This document shows positions 52,168 to 64,000 of a stretch of DNA of 64,000 nt, piece by piece. A program made the translations under genes and the position numbers. Every line of letters begins with the position of its first letter. Position 1 is the stretch's first letter. Location: the NCBI GenBank assembly GCA_002269645.1, contig NIVC01000402.1, forward strand, positions 40,078 to 104,077. The letters are read 5' to 3'. This DNA comes from Macrostomum lignano (lineage: Eukaryota). The notes beneath the pieces are model-generated. The model worked only from the letters and a program-made list of their open reading frames with translations. It was not told where the DNA came from and did not search any database.

Positions 52168-52849
52168 CTGGGTTTTTAAAGTGCAATCATAGCTTAGTAA
52201 CTAGACATGTAACAGTGATTTATGGTAATTAACGCTTTAATAATGTGGGGCACTAATTTTTTTTCAGCGCTACATAACTTGATTGTACTTGAAATGCCTA
52301 AGCTAACGAAACTTGGGTGTTCAAAATAAAAAAACACATGCTAAGCAAAAATATTTAGATTGGCAATTTTTATATAATACCAGATTAATAAAACCTACTA
52401 AGCCTACTAATAGTAGCTAGCTGGTCGATTCAAATATTGTAATAGCATTACCGGTTGAAAAAAGAAACATTACTGCAAAAGAAAAATCAAAGCATTTTCA
52501 TGCTAGATTTGTTGAACCAATATTAATGTTAGTGTCAAACCCTTGCGCCATGAGCAAAACTGTCATAATATTAATAGTAAAATTACACAATCCACCTGTA
52601 CCTTTGTAAATTAATGTCATCATAATTAGTAGGGGCTGAATAAGAAACCTCAAGGCTAAGGCAAGAGAAAAATTAGTTGTGAAAATGCAAATATTTTTAA
52701 CTAATTTATCTAGCTAATGATTAATATTTGGCGAATAAGCTTGCTTTCATCGCTATGGTTAGTATTGGCCCAGTCTGCTCAGTGGGATTCTTCACCGCCT
52801 CTAAATCTCTTAATGTATTGAATATGACTATCACTAATGCTGTAAAACC

Positions 52850-53145
52850 CTTATCACCCCCTCTAAGCCTCATCACCCCTTTGAGTCTCATCACTCCTGT
52901 GAGTCTCATCACCCCATCTGAGCCTCATCACCCCATCTGAGCCTCACCACCCCCTCCGAGCCTCATTACCCCCTCTGAGCCTTATCACCCTATCTGAGCC
53001 TTATCACCTCCCCCGAGCCTCATCACCCCATCTGAGCCTCATCATCCCATCTGAGCCTCATCAACCCCTCCGAGCCTCATCACCCCCTCCGAGCTTCATC
53101 ACCCCCTCCGAGCTTCATCACCCCCTCCGAGCCTCATCACCCTCC
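52850..53145. repeat. 21-nt repeat GAGCCTCATCACCCC(C/A)TC(C/T), ~14 copies
   Basis: Read directly. Confidence 0.9.
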
Positions 53146-53357
53146 ATGACCGGCCAAATAAAACAAAAGCCCAATCAACAGTTTGAATCGAACTGATATT
53201 CGAATCAAAACAAACCAGCAACACGGAGACGCAAGGGGAAAAGCAATTTGCATTAACAACCGGCAAAAATAAAAAATTGAAAATGAAAAGCGAAAAAGAA
53301 ACAAAAGATGCGATCACGCAGCAGCGGCTGTTATTGAACAATCAAACGCAAACTTAC

Positions 53358-53372
53358 AGGGAAGGCATACTC
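53358..53372 (-). CDS. nbea: Candidate 15-nt microexon (EYAFP)
   Basis: Long U-rich tract ending TTTCTTTAATTTTAG|GAGTATGCCTTCCCT|GTAAGT in a phase-0 intron; in frame and stop-free. No transcript evidence. Confidence 0.55.
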
Positions 53373-53674
53373 CTAAAATTAAAGAAATTTCAATTATGAA
53401 GGGAAACAAAAAACGAAAGTTAAATAAATTAAAATAGAAATGAAACGTTCGTATACAAATACTGGTGAGCGGACAGCAAGCAAGTCAAGGACAGGTGACT
53501 TAACACACACGAGAAAAAATTAGCAGGGCAGCTGTGCAGGTGCTGCATATGCATAATCAATTGTTTAATATTACAGAACTTCTCTATCTGTTCCTAAGAA
53601 TGTAATCTATTACAAGGCTGCAATAAAGAACCTGCGACATATTACTCATATTTCTGCCTTCACGATTATCTGCC

Positions 53675-53860
53675 TAAGGCTTATCGATTTTCTGGCCTTC
53701 TCACTGCCTGTGCGGGGGGTGGGTGGAGTGAGGCTTATCGATTTTCTGGCCTCCTCTCTGCCTGTGCGGGGGGACTGGGGTGGGGTGAAGCTTATCGATT
53801 TTCTGGCCTCCTCTCTGCCTGTGCGTTGGGGAGGAGAAGGCTTACTGATTTTCTGGGCAT
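53675..53860. repeat. ~50-nt repeat GGCTTATCGATTTTCTGGCCTCCTCTCTGCCTGTGCG..., 3-4 copies
   Basis: Read directly. Confidence 0.8.
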
Positions 53861-54599
53861 CTCTGTCCGCGATAAAACCATTATTAATAATTATTTGCTT
53901 ACTTACAAGTACTAATGACGCGAGCTCACATACTTTTCTCTTAAATTCAAACAACTTTAAGAAGTGACACGCGCGTATGATCCAAATAAATTTGCGACAG
54001 CGAAAACAAACCTTCATCATAACTACTGATAAGTAAGACGAACGGACAATAATGTTTTTTAAATCAAATCTGCGCAAGAACGGAAACTCTATTCGCAGCT
54101 AAATTTAGAAACTTTTCAATGAATTCAGGGTAACAATATCTTCAAACTACTACTTATTGCAGTAAGATTAAAAAGATGCAGGACTTTAAAAGTTTTTAAC
54201 TTAAGCTAACCAATCTTAGCTATATGGCTAGATAGCAAAAAGGCAGAAAAGTTAAAGAAAATATTATTTCGGCTCGAAACTTCTATGAAATATTTAACTG
54301 CGTGTCAAATCTTTCAGATTAGAAATGATCAATGAATTTGAAACTAAATGGGATTATACACAGAAGGGATATATCTGCCGAATTAATAAATAAATCAAAT
54401 AGGAACCCGTATTAGATAGTAATTATAATAAACGATATAATGAAAAACGTGGTCAGAGGGAAAAGGTGAAAGTCCCGCCAGTTAACATGCGGGTTAAGCA
54501 GCAAAAACTGGGAACGGACAAGACATTTTTAGCTACATGTGAGGGCGGCCCAGCCGTTACAAAGTGTTGAAATAAAAAGCGCATTAAAATGCTACTCAC

Positions 54600-54692
54600 C
54601 ACGTCGCGATAGACAACAGCTCTCAGACGATTCACGTCCATTTCCTGCAGTAGCATTTCGCTATTTTGTACCGCTTGCAGGTGACTGTCGGC
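54600..54692 (-). CDS. nbea: Neurobeachin exon (ADSHLQAVQNSEMLLQEMDVNRLRAVVYRDV)
   Basis: Acceptor CCTAACAG|GCC, donor GTG|GTGAGT; 93 nt, phase 0 to 0; conserved D.NRLRAVV.RDV motif. Confidence 0.92.
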
Positions 54693-54754
54693 CTGTTAGG
54701 GGGTGAGCAAGTTTCACTTCGGTTATTGAACTACTGATTTGATATTATCAAACT

Positions 54755-55787
54755 AGAACTGGCTCAGACAGTCGCTAATTCCCGTGTGTCTCAGCTAGAA
54801 CTGGCTCAGACAGTCGCTAATTCCCGTGTGTCTCAGCTAGGACTGGCTCAGACAGTCGCTAATTCCCGTGTGTCTCAGCTAGAACTGGCTCAGACAGTCG
54901 CTAATTCCCGTGTGTCTCAGCTAGAACTGGCTCAGACAGTCGCTAATTCCCGTGTGTCTCAGCTAGAACTAGCTCAGACAGTCGCTAATTCCCGTGTGTC
55001 TCAGCTGGGACTGGCTCAGACAGTCGCTAATTCCCGTGTGTCTCAGCTAGAACTGGCTCAGACAGTCGCTAATTCCCGTGTGTCTCAGCTGGGACTGGCT
55101 CAGACAGTCGCTAATTCCCGTGTGTCTCAGCTAGAACTGGCTCAGACAGTCGCTAATTCCCGTGTGTCTCAGCTAGAACTGGCTCAGACAGTCGCTAATT
55201 CCCGTGTGTCTCAGCTGGGACAGGCTCAGACAGTCGCTAATTCCCGTGTGTCTCAGCTAGAACTGGCTCAGACAGTCGCTAATTCCCGTGTGTCTCAGCT
55301 AGAACTGGCTCAGACAGTCGCTAATTCCCGTGTGTCTCAGCTAGAACTGGCTCAGACAGTCGCTAATTCCCGTGTGTCTCAGCTAGAACTGGCTCAGACA
55401 GTCGCTAATTCCCGTGTGTCTCAGCTATAACTGGCTCAGACAGTCGCTAATTCCCGTGTGTCTCAGCTAGAACTGGCTCAGACAGTCGCTAATTCCCTTG
55501 CGTCTCAGCTAGAACTGGCTCAGACAGTCGCTAATTCCCGTGTGTCTCAGCTAGAACTGGCTCAGACAGTTGCTAATTCCCGTGTGTCCCAGCTGGGACT
55601 GGCTCAGACAGTCGCTAATTCCCGTGTGTCTCAGCTGGGACAGGCTCAGACAGTCGCTAATTCCCGTGTGTCTCAGCTAGAACTGGCTCAGACAGTCGCT
55701 AATTCCCGTGTGTCTCAGCTAGAACTGGCTCAGACAGTCGCTAATTCCCGTGTGTCTCAGCTGGGACTGGCTCAGACAGTCGCTAAG
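54755..55787. repeat. Highly homogeneous 42-nt minisatellite CTAGAACTGGCTCAGACAGTCGCTAATTCCCGTGTGTCTCAG, ~24 copies
   Basis: Read directly; source of the SQLELAQTVANSRV ORFs. Confidence 0.98.
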
Positions 55788-56069
55788 TCATGTGCATCAT
55801 TATTGCAGAAACATTATTGATACAGATATAAGAGAATACATTAATTATAGAAATTAACCAAAATCACATGCATTTAGATTAATTATCTGCTAGTTATTTA
55901 TAATCACCTGCATATTATTCAACTAGATAATTGCCAAAAAACCGAATAAATAAGTTAACTTATTCTGCTTATAATTATGAGCAGATAAAATATAAATAGA
56001 AAAATTCAACACCAGCAGTTACCAAATTATTAGTGTTAATGCATGTATATAAAATTACAAGTAACTTAC

Positions 56070-56084
56070 AGGCGACGTGTAAAC
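56070..56084 (-). CDS. nbea: Candidate 15-nt microexon (VYTSP)
   Basis: CTCTAATTTTAG|GTTTACACGTCGCCT|GTAAGT in a phase-0 intron; in frame and stop-free. A TGCATG (Rbfox motif) lies at 55867-55872 on the sense strand. No transcript evidence. Confidence 0.45.
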
Positions 56085-56196
56085 CTAAAATTAGAGAAAC
56101 TTTAGCTATGAATTTTTTCGACCAACAAACTTCCTTAGGATATTCTGTGCTTTAAAACTTCTTCCTTGTTGAGACTAATCTGATTCTTATTGTCTT

Positions 56197-56662
56197 CTTA
56201 TCGCTCTTCCTTCTGATTGGCTCTCACATCGGCCATTTCGGATTCTCTCTCTCAACCTAGTGCACACCACCCACCTATCTACTTATCGCTTTTCCTTCTG
56301 ATTGGCTCTCACATCGGCCATTTCGGATTCTCTCTCTCACCCTAGTGCACACCACCCACACCCCCCCTTATCGCTTTTCCTTCTGATTGGCTCTGACATC
56401 GGCCATTTCGGATTCTCTCTCTCACCCTAGTGCACACCACCCACACCCCCCTTATCGCTTTTCCTTCTGATTGGCTCTGACATCGGCCATTTCGGATTCT
56501 CTCTCTCACCCTAGTGCACACCACCGACACCCCCCTTATCGCTTTTCCTTCTGATTGGCTCTGACATCGGCCATTTCGGATTCTCTCTCTCACCCTAGTG
56601 CACACCACCCAACCCCCCCTTATCGCTTTTCCTTCTGATTGGCTCTCACATCGGCCATTTTT
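56197..56662. repeat. 84-nt tandem repeat, ~5.5 copies, containing CTGATTGGCT and CGGCCATTT
   Basis: CTTATCGC anchors at 56197, 56282, 56367, 56451, 56535 and 56619. Confidence 0.95.
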
Positions 56663-56723
56663 AGTATAATATCAGCTCATACTAATAAATATTTACAAGC
56701 GTAAATTTAAAAAAATTGATTAC

Positions 56724-57647
56724 CTGCTGAGCCTTGCGCACGCCAGCTAACATCTGCTTGACCTCGTCGCTGGTAAGGAATGTTGAACCGCTGCCGCCGC
56801 TGCCAGCACCGCCAGCGCCACCGCTGCCAACCAGCTTCTTATAGCGGCACTCCAGACAGTTGCGCACTGCGCAGGTGCACACCAGACGCAGGCATTGGCG
56901 CAATATACCGCCAGACGTCATATTTTTCTCAGCTTCTAATTCAGCAAAACTGTGCGAAGTGGCGAACACCACAATGTCCGTGATGCTCATCACGCGGAGC
57001 AGGAATCCGACGGCGTCGTCGATGCGCAGGCCCTGGCCCGGCTCCAGCATGTCTACTTCGCAGTTTGGCGATGTGGCCGCCGCTAGCAGGGGCAGCAGGC
57101 CGCCGCAGGATGTCACCAGAGTGTCAGCCAGCTGGGAGACCAGGTGAATTAGGTTAATAACGTAGATATGATTCTCTGGTGCGTTTACAAAGTCTAAGAT
57201 GCTCTTGCTGGAATGACTGCGCCATTGGCTGAGATCGGATTCAACCGAATAGAGCAGGTCGTTGAGCAGCTTCTGGTGCAGGTAGGACCAGCTGAACTCG
57301 GGGATGCGAAATGGTGCGGCTCTGGGGCCCGGGCTGAACACCTTCGGCCGCTGCTGTTGCTGACTGGAACCTGCAGAATCCGATGGCTGTTGCGGCTGCG
57401 GCTGCTTGGCCACCGTTGAAGCCTCCTCCCCCTGAGCACCCGGCTGATCCTCATCGTCGCCTTCAACAGCATCGTCGATGACCTGCTCGAGGATGGCGGT
57501 GACCAGCCGACGCGGACTGGCCAAATCGATGTCCTCGACAGCTGCCGCCGACCTGGCTTGGTCAGCCAAAACTCTCTGCTGCTGCTGCTGTTGCTGTTGC
57601 TGCTGCTGCTGATTCTCGTCGCCGACTGCGTGATCCGGCTGGGGCAT
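56724..57647 (-). CDS. nbea: Neurobeachin exon: poly-Q linker, candidate AKAP helix, and conserved RIPEFSWS...[10 protein letters not shown] block
   Basis: Acceptor GCACAG|ATG, donor CAG|GTAATC; 924 nt, phase 0 to 0. Confidence 0.95.
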
Positions 57648-58321
57648 CTGTGCGGAGCGAGTTAGATATTGAATATACGACCGCAGGCGACGCGCACAAG
57701 TGAATCATATTCTGAGGGCGACCGCGCTCTGTATAATAGACATACTAGCTAGCGTTCCCCGATTCTTAAAGACATCCCCCGATAGGCTAAAAATTAGGAA
57801 AATACAAGACATGAGATCTGATACACTCGCTGCCCTTCAGAGCTCAGGCAATACGCATGGCAAGCCATTATAAATATTCATATATGCTGTGTAAGAGATA
57901 CACGAGAATAACAAAGTTAAACTGTGTCTATAGCTTTGTTGCAGTTGACTAAAGTTAATCACTATTCATGACAAAGCCACATACACAAGCACAATGTGTC
58001 TCCATCACTCTCAGTGCACAAAACGGCAAACCCATGATCGCGTCGCGACCACACTCTGATTTCCGCTCCTGCTTCTGCTGCGTACTAACCACAACCAATG
58101 CTGCTTAACCTTCAACACTGGTACACAATATAAATATTGTACTAGTGAACTGAATTAGGCAGTTAATAAATGTACACAGTAGCACCCCCCTGAGGCTTAA
58201 TTAGTAAGCAGTTATCTAATGAGAAAAAGTGGAATGAAGAAAATATTTTATACTACTGAATTAAAAGTTATAAGTAGCTTCACAGTGTAAAAGGCTAATT
58301 TTTTGTATAATAAAAAATCAC

Positions 58322-58680
58322 CTGCGATTGAGAAACCTTCCGCCGGAAGTCCTCCTGCGACACTTTCGAGTGCAGTATAGCCAATGTGTCAATCCACACG
58401 CGCCAGCCGCCAAATTCATATTTAATAGCGTGATGAAGCAGCATGCGAAATAGCGACATAACTAGATCGGTGATTGATTGCTCTTCGGCTGTCTGCGGAT
58501 AGAAGGTGGCCAAGCCGAATAGCCAGTCCTGCCAGACTGACATCTGCAGCATGGTGCGCCTATTGTCCTTGGTCTGGTTGCACAGGATTGTCAGATCGTT
58601 TAGAAACAGCTTCTTCACTCTGTAGGCCTCGCCGCTGGTTGGCACGTTGCGGATTAGCTGGGCGATCACTTTGAGCAGCA
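58322..58680 (-). CDS. nbea: Neurobeachin exon, ARM/DUF4704-type region (LLKVIAQL...[17 protein letters not shown])
   Basis: Acceptor ATCCGCAG|TG, donor CAG|GTGATT; 359 nt, phase 1 to 0; conserved SVWQDW and GGWRVW motifs. Confidence 0.95.
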
Positions 58681-58789
58681 CTGCGGATATGGGGGTGGCG
58701 GGAGATGTACGTAAGGGTAAAGATATTAAAAAAGTCGTTTAATAACTTTACTAAGTTGCTACCTCTAGATTTTTTATATTACTTTTTAC

Positions 58790-59165
58790 TTTTCATTGAC
58801 ATCTGACAGTGACTTTTTGATGGAATTTCAGAGTGCCTTTTTGTTGACATCTGAGACTGACTTATTGACATCTGAGAGTGACTTTTTATTGACATCTCGG
58901 AGTGACTTTTTATTGACATCTGAGAGTGACTTTTTATTGACATCTCCGAGTGACTTTGTATTGACATCTGAGAGTGACTTTTTATTGACATCTCGGAGTG
59001 ACTTTGTATTGACATCTGAGAGTGACTTTTTATTGGCATCTCGGAATGAATTTTTATTGACATCTGAGAGTGACTTTTTGACATCCGAGTGACTTTTTAT
59101 TGACATATCAGAGTGACTTTTTGTTGACTCTCGGAGCAGCTTTATTGACATCACAGAGTGACTCT
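58790..59165. repeat. 24-nt minisatellite TTATTGACATCTGAGAGTGACTTT, ~15 copies
   Basis: Read directly. Confidence 0.94.
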
Positions 59166-61649
59166 TTATCGAAATTTTCAAGTGAATTTATTGAAACCTC
59201 TTTCGTACACAGGCGCTATAAAATTACTATCTTTCCAAGGGCACTTGTAAGATTTTCAGTACCGGTACAAAAGGGAATTATAATTTATTAATAAATTCAT
59301 GCATACCAGCTGAATCATCAGAGATAAACAGCCCTCTCATCCTAGAGTTACACGATTGACTTTTTCTCGTCAGATATTAGATATTAGTGAATCCTGCCGG
59401 AGTCACCACAGCCATATATACAGATATTAAAAACCTACCCACAGTTGCTTGTGCAGCGTGCACTCTAACACTGCAGAATCTGTCTTTACGAACCCCAGCT
59501 CGACTCTATATAAACTTCTTTATACTCTCACACTGCTTACGTCGAGTATAGGCGCGGTACAAAAGCAAGAACAGGAATTGAAGAAAGTTTCCCATCAAAA
59601 TGCAAATTACAAGCACGCCCCATCTCAAACTCCCGACTGCCCTTGACGCCAGCGCCGCTAACCCTTCCGAGTGTTCATTCCTCAGCCAGTCGATTCAGCT
59701 GTCCCTTATCCCAAGTTGGGAACATCCAATCCGACCAACTCCTATGCGAAACCCACCTCCCTTTCTAAAATAGATTTCTCCAAACTCGAAACTTGTTGAG
59801 TAGCTGAGCTGACAAGGTCAAGCTGCGAAGGTCAGCCATAATTTTTATACAGTTTGATTAGTTTACTCTGGCAAGTAGCTGAAAGAATATTTAAATAAAG
59901 CAGAAAACCGGAAAAAAGCAAGAGGGAAAAGGCGTGACAACTGGGGACAGAGGGATTTTAACGGAAGGAAAAAGGGGAAGTAGACAGAGAACGAAAAGAG
60001 AACGATGGTAAGAAGTGGAAAGAGTAAGAATGAAGAGGGTGGACAGAGGAAGAGAGTAGATGGCAGAGGGCGGAAAGAGTAAGAGGGTAGAAGGAGAAAA
60101 GAGAAAGTAGGTAGAGGACAGAAAAGAGGGTAGAAGGTAGATAGAAAGTAGATGGGGGAAAGAGAAAGACGTTAGAAGGCGGGAGAGGAAAAAGAAAGAG
60201 GGCAGAGAGGGAAAGAGGGTAGAGGGCAGATAGAAAGAGGGCGGAGAGAGGAAGTGGGTAGAGGGCGGAAAAAGGAAAAGGGTAGAGGGCGGTAGAATAG
60301 GTGGGTATATGAAACAGACGACAAGAAGACGACAAAGACTATAGGATATGTATTCAGCAACTTGGCAGGCTATTGTAGTAGAGGCTACCAGTAGTAGACA
60401 AAAATAATTTGAACCTGTAGGCTGCAATATAACTGTCGGCATTTTTCATCTCTAATAACTTCAGCTACTGCATGTATAATAATATTATAAAGCAAAGTTA
60501 ACAAGCTTTTCTCGACGTTCAGCCGCACAGGCTAATGCGCAACACAGTTCCATAATACTGTCGGCAGAGATGACCCGGCAGTAAGAAAGTAACGCAAAAG
60601 AAAGACTGCTTTCCATTCTGCGACAGGCGACTGCTTTTTCTTCTACTACTAGCCAACCTTGCGGCCCAGCGGGGATAATTGATTCCTCCGCCTCCGCACG
60701 CCCCCAAGCGCAACAGGGGAGACGGGATCAGACTAAAAGTAAAGTCTCCCCTTTCCATTCTCCTATATTGCTTCCTCTCGGTCTCTCTTGCCCTACTCCC
60801 ACTCTCGCCTTTAGCGCCCTCAAGGCGTTAAGATTATCTGTCAGAAACTGCGCCCACCGAAGCCGGGGATAAGATAGACGCGAAGAAGCAGAAGCCCGGA
60901 GGGGCTGGGGAGCCAGACTTCGGATGCTGATGCTGATGATGGGCCACTGGCGGCAGGCTTTCGGAGTGATTTTCCAACGTGTCGCCTGCGCTGCATCTCA
61001 TCATCAGCATTATGGATGGCTCTGGCGACATCATCCCAGCCCCCGCAGTCTGCGTCTGCATGCATATCAAGGGGGATTTCAATTCCACAGATGCCGCTAA
61101 ACTGAAAAAGGAAGCATGACATATGCCCATAAAAATGATGCGGTACCGCAGCTACTGCCCCATCAAACTGAATGTCTTGAACGGGAGCAGCGATAAGGTT
61201 AGCAGAGCCACAAGAAAATAAAAGGAAGATAGGATATAGACGGCGCATAGAGAAGGAAAACGAACTGAGATAAGCGAGCGAACCAATGAGTCACAGCTGA
61301 GGAGAGAAAAGACAGCTGATCGACAGATAGTCGAATTCGTAAACTGTATAATTGAGTGTAATCAAGTACTCCGTGGCATTTAAATAATAAATACAGAGAC
61401 ACTGATGTAAGAGTTTAATGCATGATTTGGCAGTTGCACGAAGAAGTACGAAAGCCACAGTGGGCGAGACGATGCTATTTATTTAATATTTAGTCGGCTA
61501 CTGCATTGCGTGGGGTGGTGGTCGTAAATGTACACTTTGCTTACTACGAGTACAGATAAGGGGGCGAGAGTTAGAGAGAGAAAGCCGGCTGACGTACGGA
61601 GCCGGAAAAATGGGGTGGGCGCTCTATAGCAAATCAATGGCTCACAACT

Positions 61650-62540
<891 letters not shown>

Positions 62541-63284
62541 GAGACAATTGCGCAACAGAAACCCAGCCTGTAGCACACAACAATCTAAGCCAGCATGCGC
62601 AGAGGAGTTCCCAGTGAAACGGTGAAAAGCCGGCAATCATAAGAAGCCAAACTAGGAAGCGGCATCGATCAGCCCACAGGCGCGGGCACCGGGGCAGCGC
62701 ACAGGAAGTGTTCGGGTCGCCCAGGGCGGGGAGAAGGAGGAGGAGGAGGCTGGAATCTACAATTTCGAGTCGAGTCTATTTCGCTGTGTCACTCAGCAGT
62801 GTGTAAACTCATTTGCCTAAGGGAATAGCAGTTAAGCGTGTCCAAACGCCATGGCCTACTTCTACAATGTCCAATGTCGTACATACTTACGCACTGCCTA
62901 TATGCCCATGTTCATACTAGTATAATGTAATTGGCTCTGTCGCAATTTAAAATGTTTCCCACTTTCCCGCTCCGTTTGAAGGCTCTCGAGGCAGCTCTCG
63001 ATTGAGGAGAAGCCGGCCTCTCCATTGCAGAAATGCAGCATAGCTATTTTATCAGTACAAGCATTACAAAGACCGGCGCTATGATAGATAAATATAAAAT
63101 AAACAAAACACGTAATATAGAAGCTGATAAAAACACTCATAAAGGAGGAAGTTTTCCTACTTTATTAGCTGTATTGTCACCGACACTTGATTGATTAATT
63201 ATGAGCCAAGCACTGTCTACTCAGGATTATTCTGGTTTTAGATATTCACAAGCGCTCGTTTAGGATTTAATTAACTCGCAAACT

Positions 63285-63410
63285 AGATAACTGCCTAGAT
63301 AGCTAACTGCCTAGATAGCTAACTGCCTAGATAGCTAACTGCCTAGATAGCTAACTGCCTAGATAGCTAACTGCCTAGATAGCTAACTGCCTAGATAGCT
63401 AACTGCCTAG

Positions 63411-63465
<55 letters not shown>

Positions 63466-63905
63466 GCAAACTAACTAACTAACTGCCTAACTAACTAACT
63501 AACTAACTAGCAAACTAACTAACTAACTAGCAAACTAACTAACTAGCAAACTAACTAACTAACAAACAAACTAACTAACTAGCAAACTAACTAACTAACT
63601 AGCAAACTAACTAACTAACAAACAAACTAACTAACTAGCAAACTAACTAACTAACTAGCAAACTAACTAACTAGCAAACTAAGTAACTAGCAAACTAACT
63701 AACTAGCAAACTAACTAACTAGCAAACTAACTAACTAACTAGCAAACTAACTAACTAACTAGCAAACTAACTAACTAGCAAACTAACTAACTAACTAGCA
63801 AACTAACTAACTAACTAGCAAACTAACTAACTAGCAAACTAACTAACTAGCAAACTAACTAACTAGCAAACTAACTAACTAACTAGCAAACTAACTAACT
63901 AACCC
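63285..63905. repeat. 16-nt CTGCCTAGATAGCTAA repeat grading into (CTAA)n with CTAGCAAA variants
   Basis: Read directly; ends about 35 nt from the donor at 63939. Confidence 0.96.
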
Positions 63906-63939
63906 ACTAACAAACTAAAAAAATAAAGTAGCATCTTAC

Positions 63940-64000
63940 GCGGATTCTCCAACCGGTAGTTGGCCTCAGGCTCCGGATGCCGTTTGTCAGTGATATAGAG
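63940..64000 (-). CDS. nbea: Neurobeachin exon (partial, runs off the window): LYITDKRHPEPEANYRLENP
   Basis: Resembles the NBEA segment HPDPD..KIQNP. Donor CCGC|GTAAGA at 63939; phase 1 matches the next exon (C+TG = Leu). Confidence 0.85.

Noticed and set aside
54786-55820. SQLELAQTVANSRV repeat protein on the plus strand
   Set aside because: The 42-nt unit is a multiple of 3 and lacks a stop by chance; the ORF starts at a non-ATG codon inside the array; antisense to an intron.
63410-63905. Telomeric repeat
   Set aside because: The unit is the tetramer CTAA/TTAG, not TTAGGG or TTAGG, and it lies inside an intron.

Overview
This is eukaryotic (animal) genomic DNA, not a prokaryotic locus; the taxon cannot be determined from the sequence. 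Most of the window (7761-64000, minus strand) is the 3' part of a neurobeachin/LRBA-family gene. I traced 20 exons by hand (19 well supported plus one candidate Ala-rich exon), with GT-AG boundaries and matching intron phases. They encode about 1800 aa: ARM/DUF4704-type region, candidate PKA-anchoring helix, DUF1088, PH, BEACH, WD40 and a C-terminus ending ...[17 protein letters not shown]. The 5' end lies beyond base 64000. The ~17-kb intron that splits the PH domain (25148-42108) holds an intronless mab-21 CDS on the opposite strand (35511-36689), the nested Mab21/Nbea-Lrba arrangement known from vertebrates. Sixteen of the 19 introns contain tandem repeats, and nearly every array has its own unit; the first ~7.7 kb has almost none. 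Three copies of one hAT-type MITE family each carry an internal GA/CT expansion. Two of them are inverted and bracket exactly three exons totalling 450 nt (phase 0 to phase 0), a candidate circRNA/exon-skipping module. Other points: four candidate frame-preserving microexons, a 1-nt frameshift in the BEACH exon (probably an assembly error), and a tRNA-derived SINE. Most ORFs in the supplied track are artefacts of repeats or antisense shadows of exons. Array coordinates and copy numbers are approximate, read by eye.
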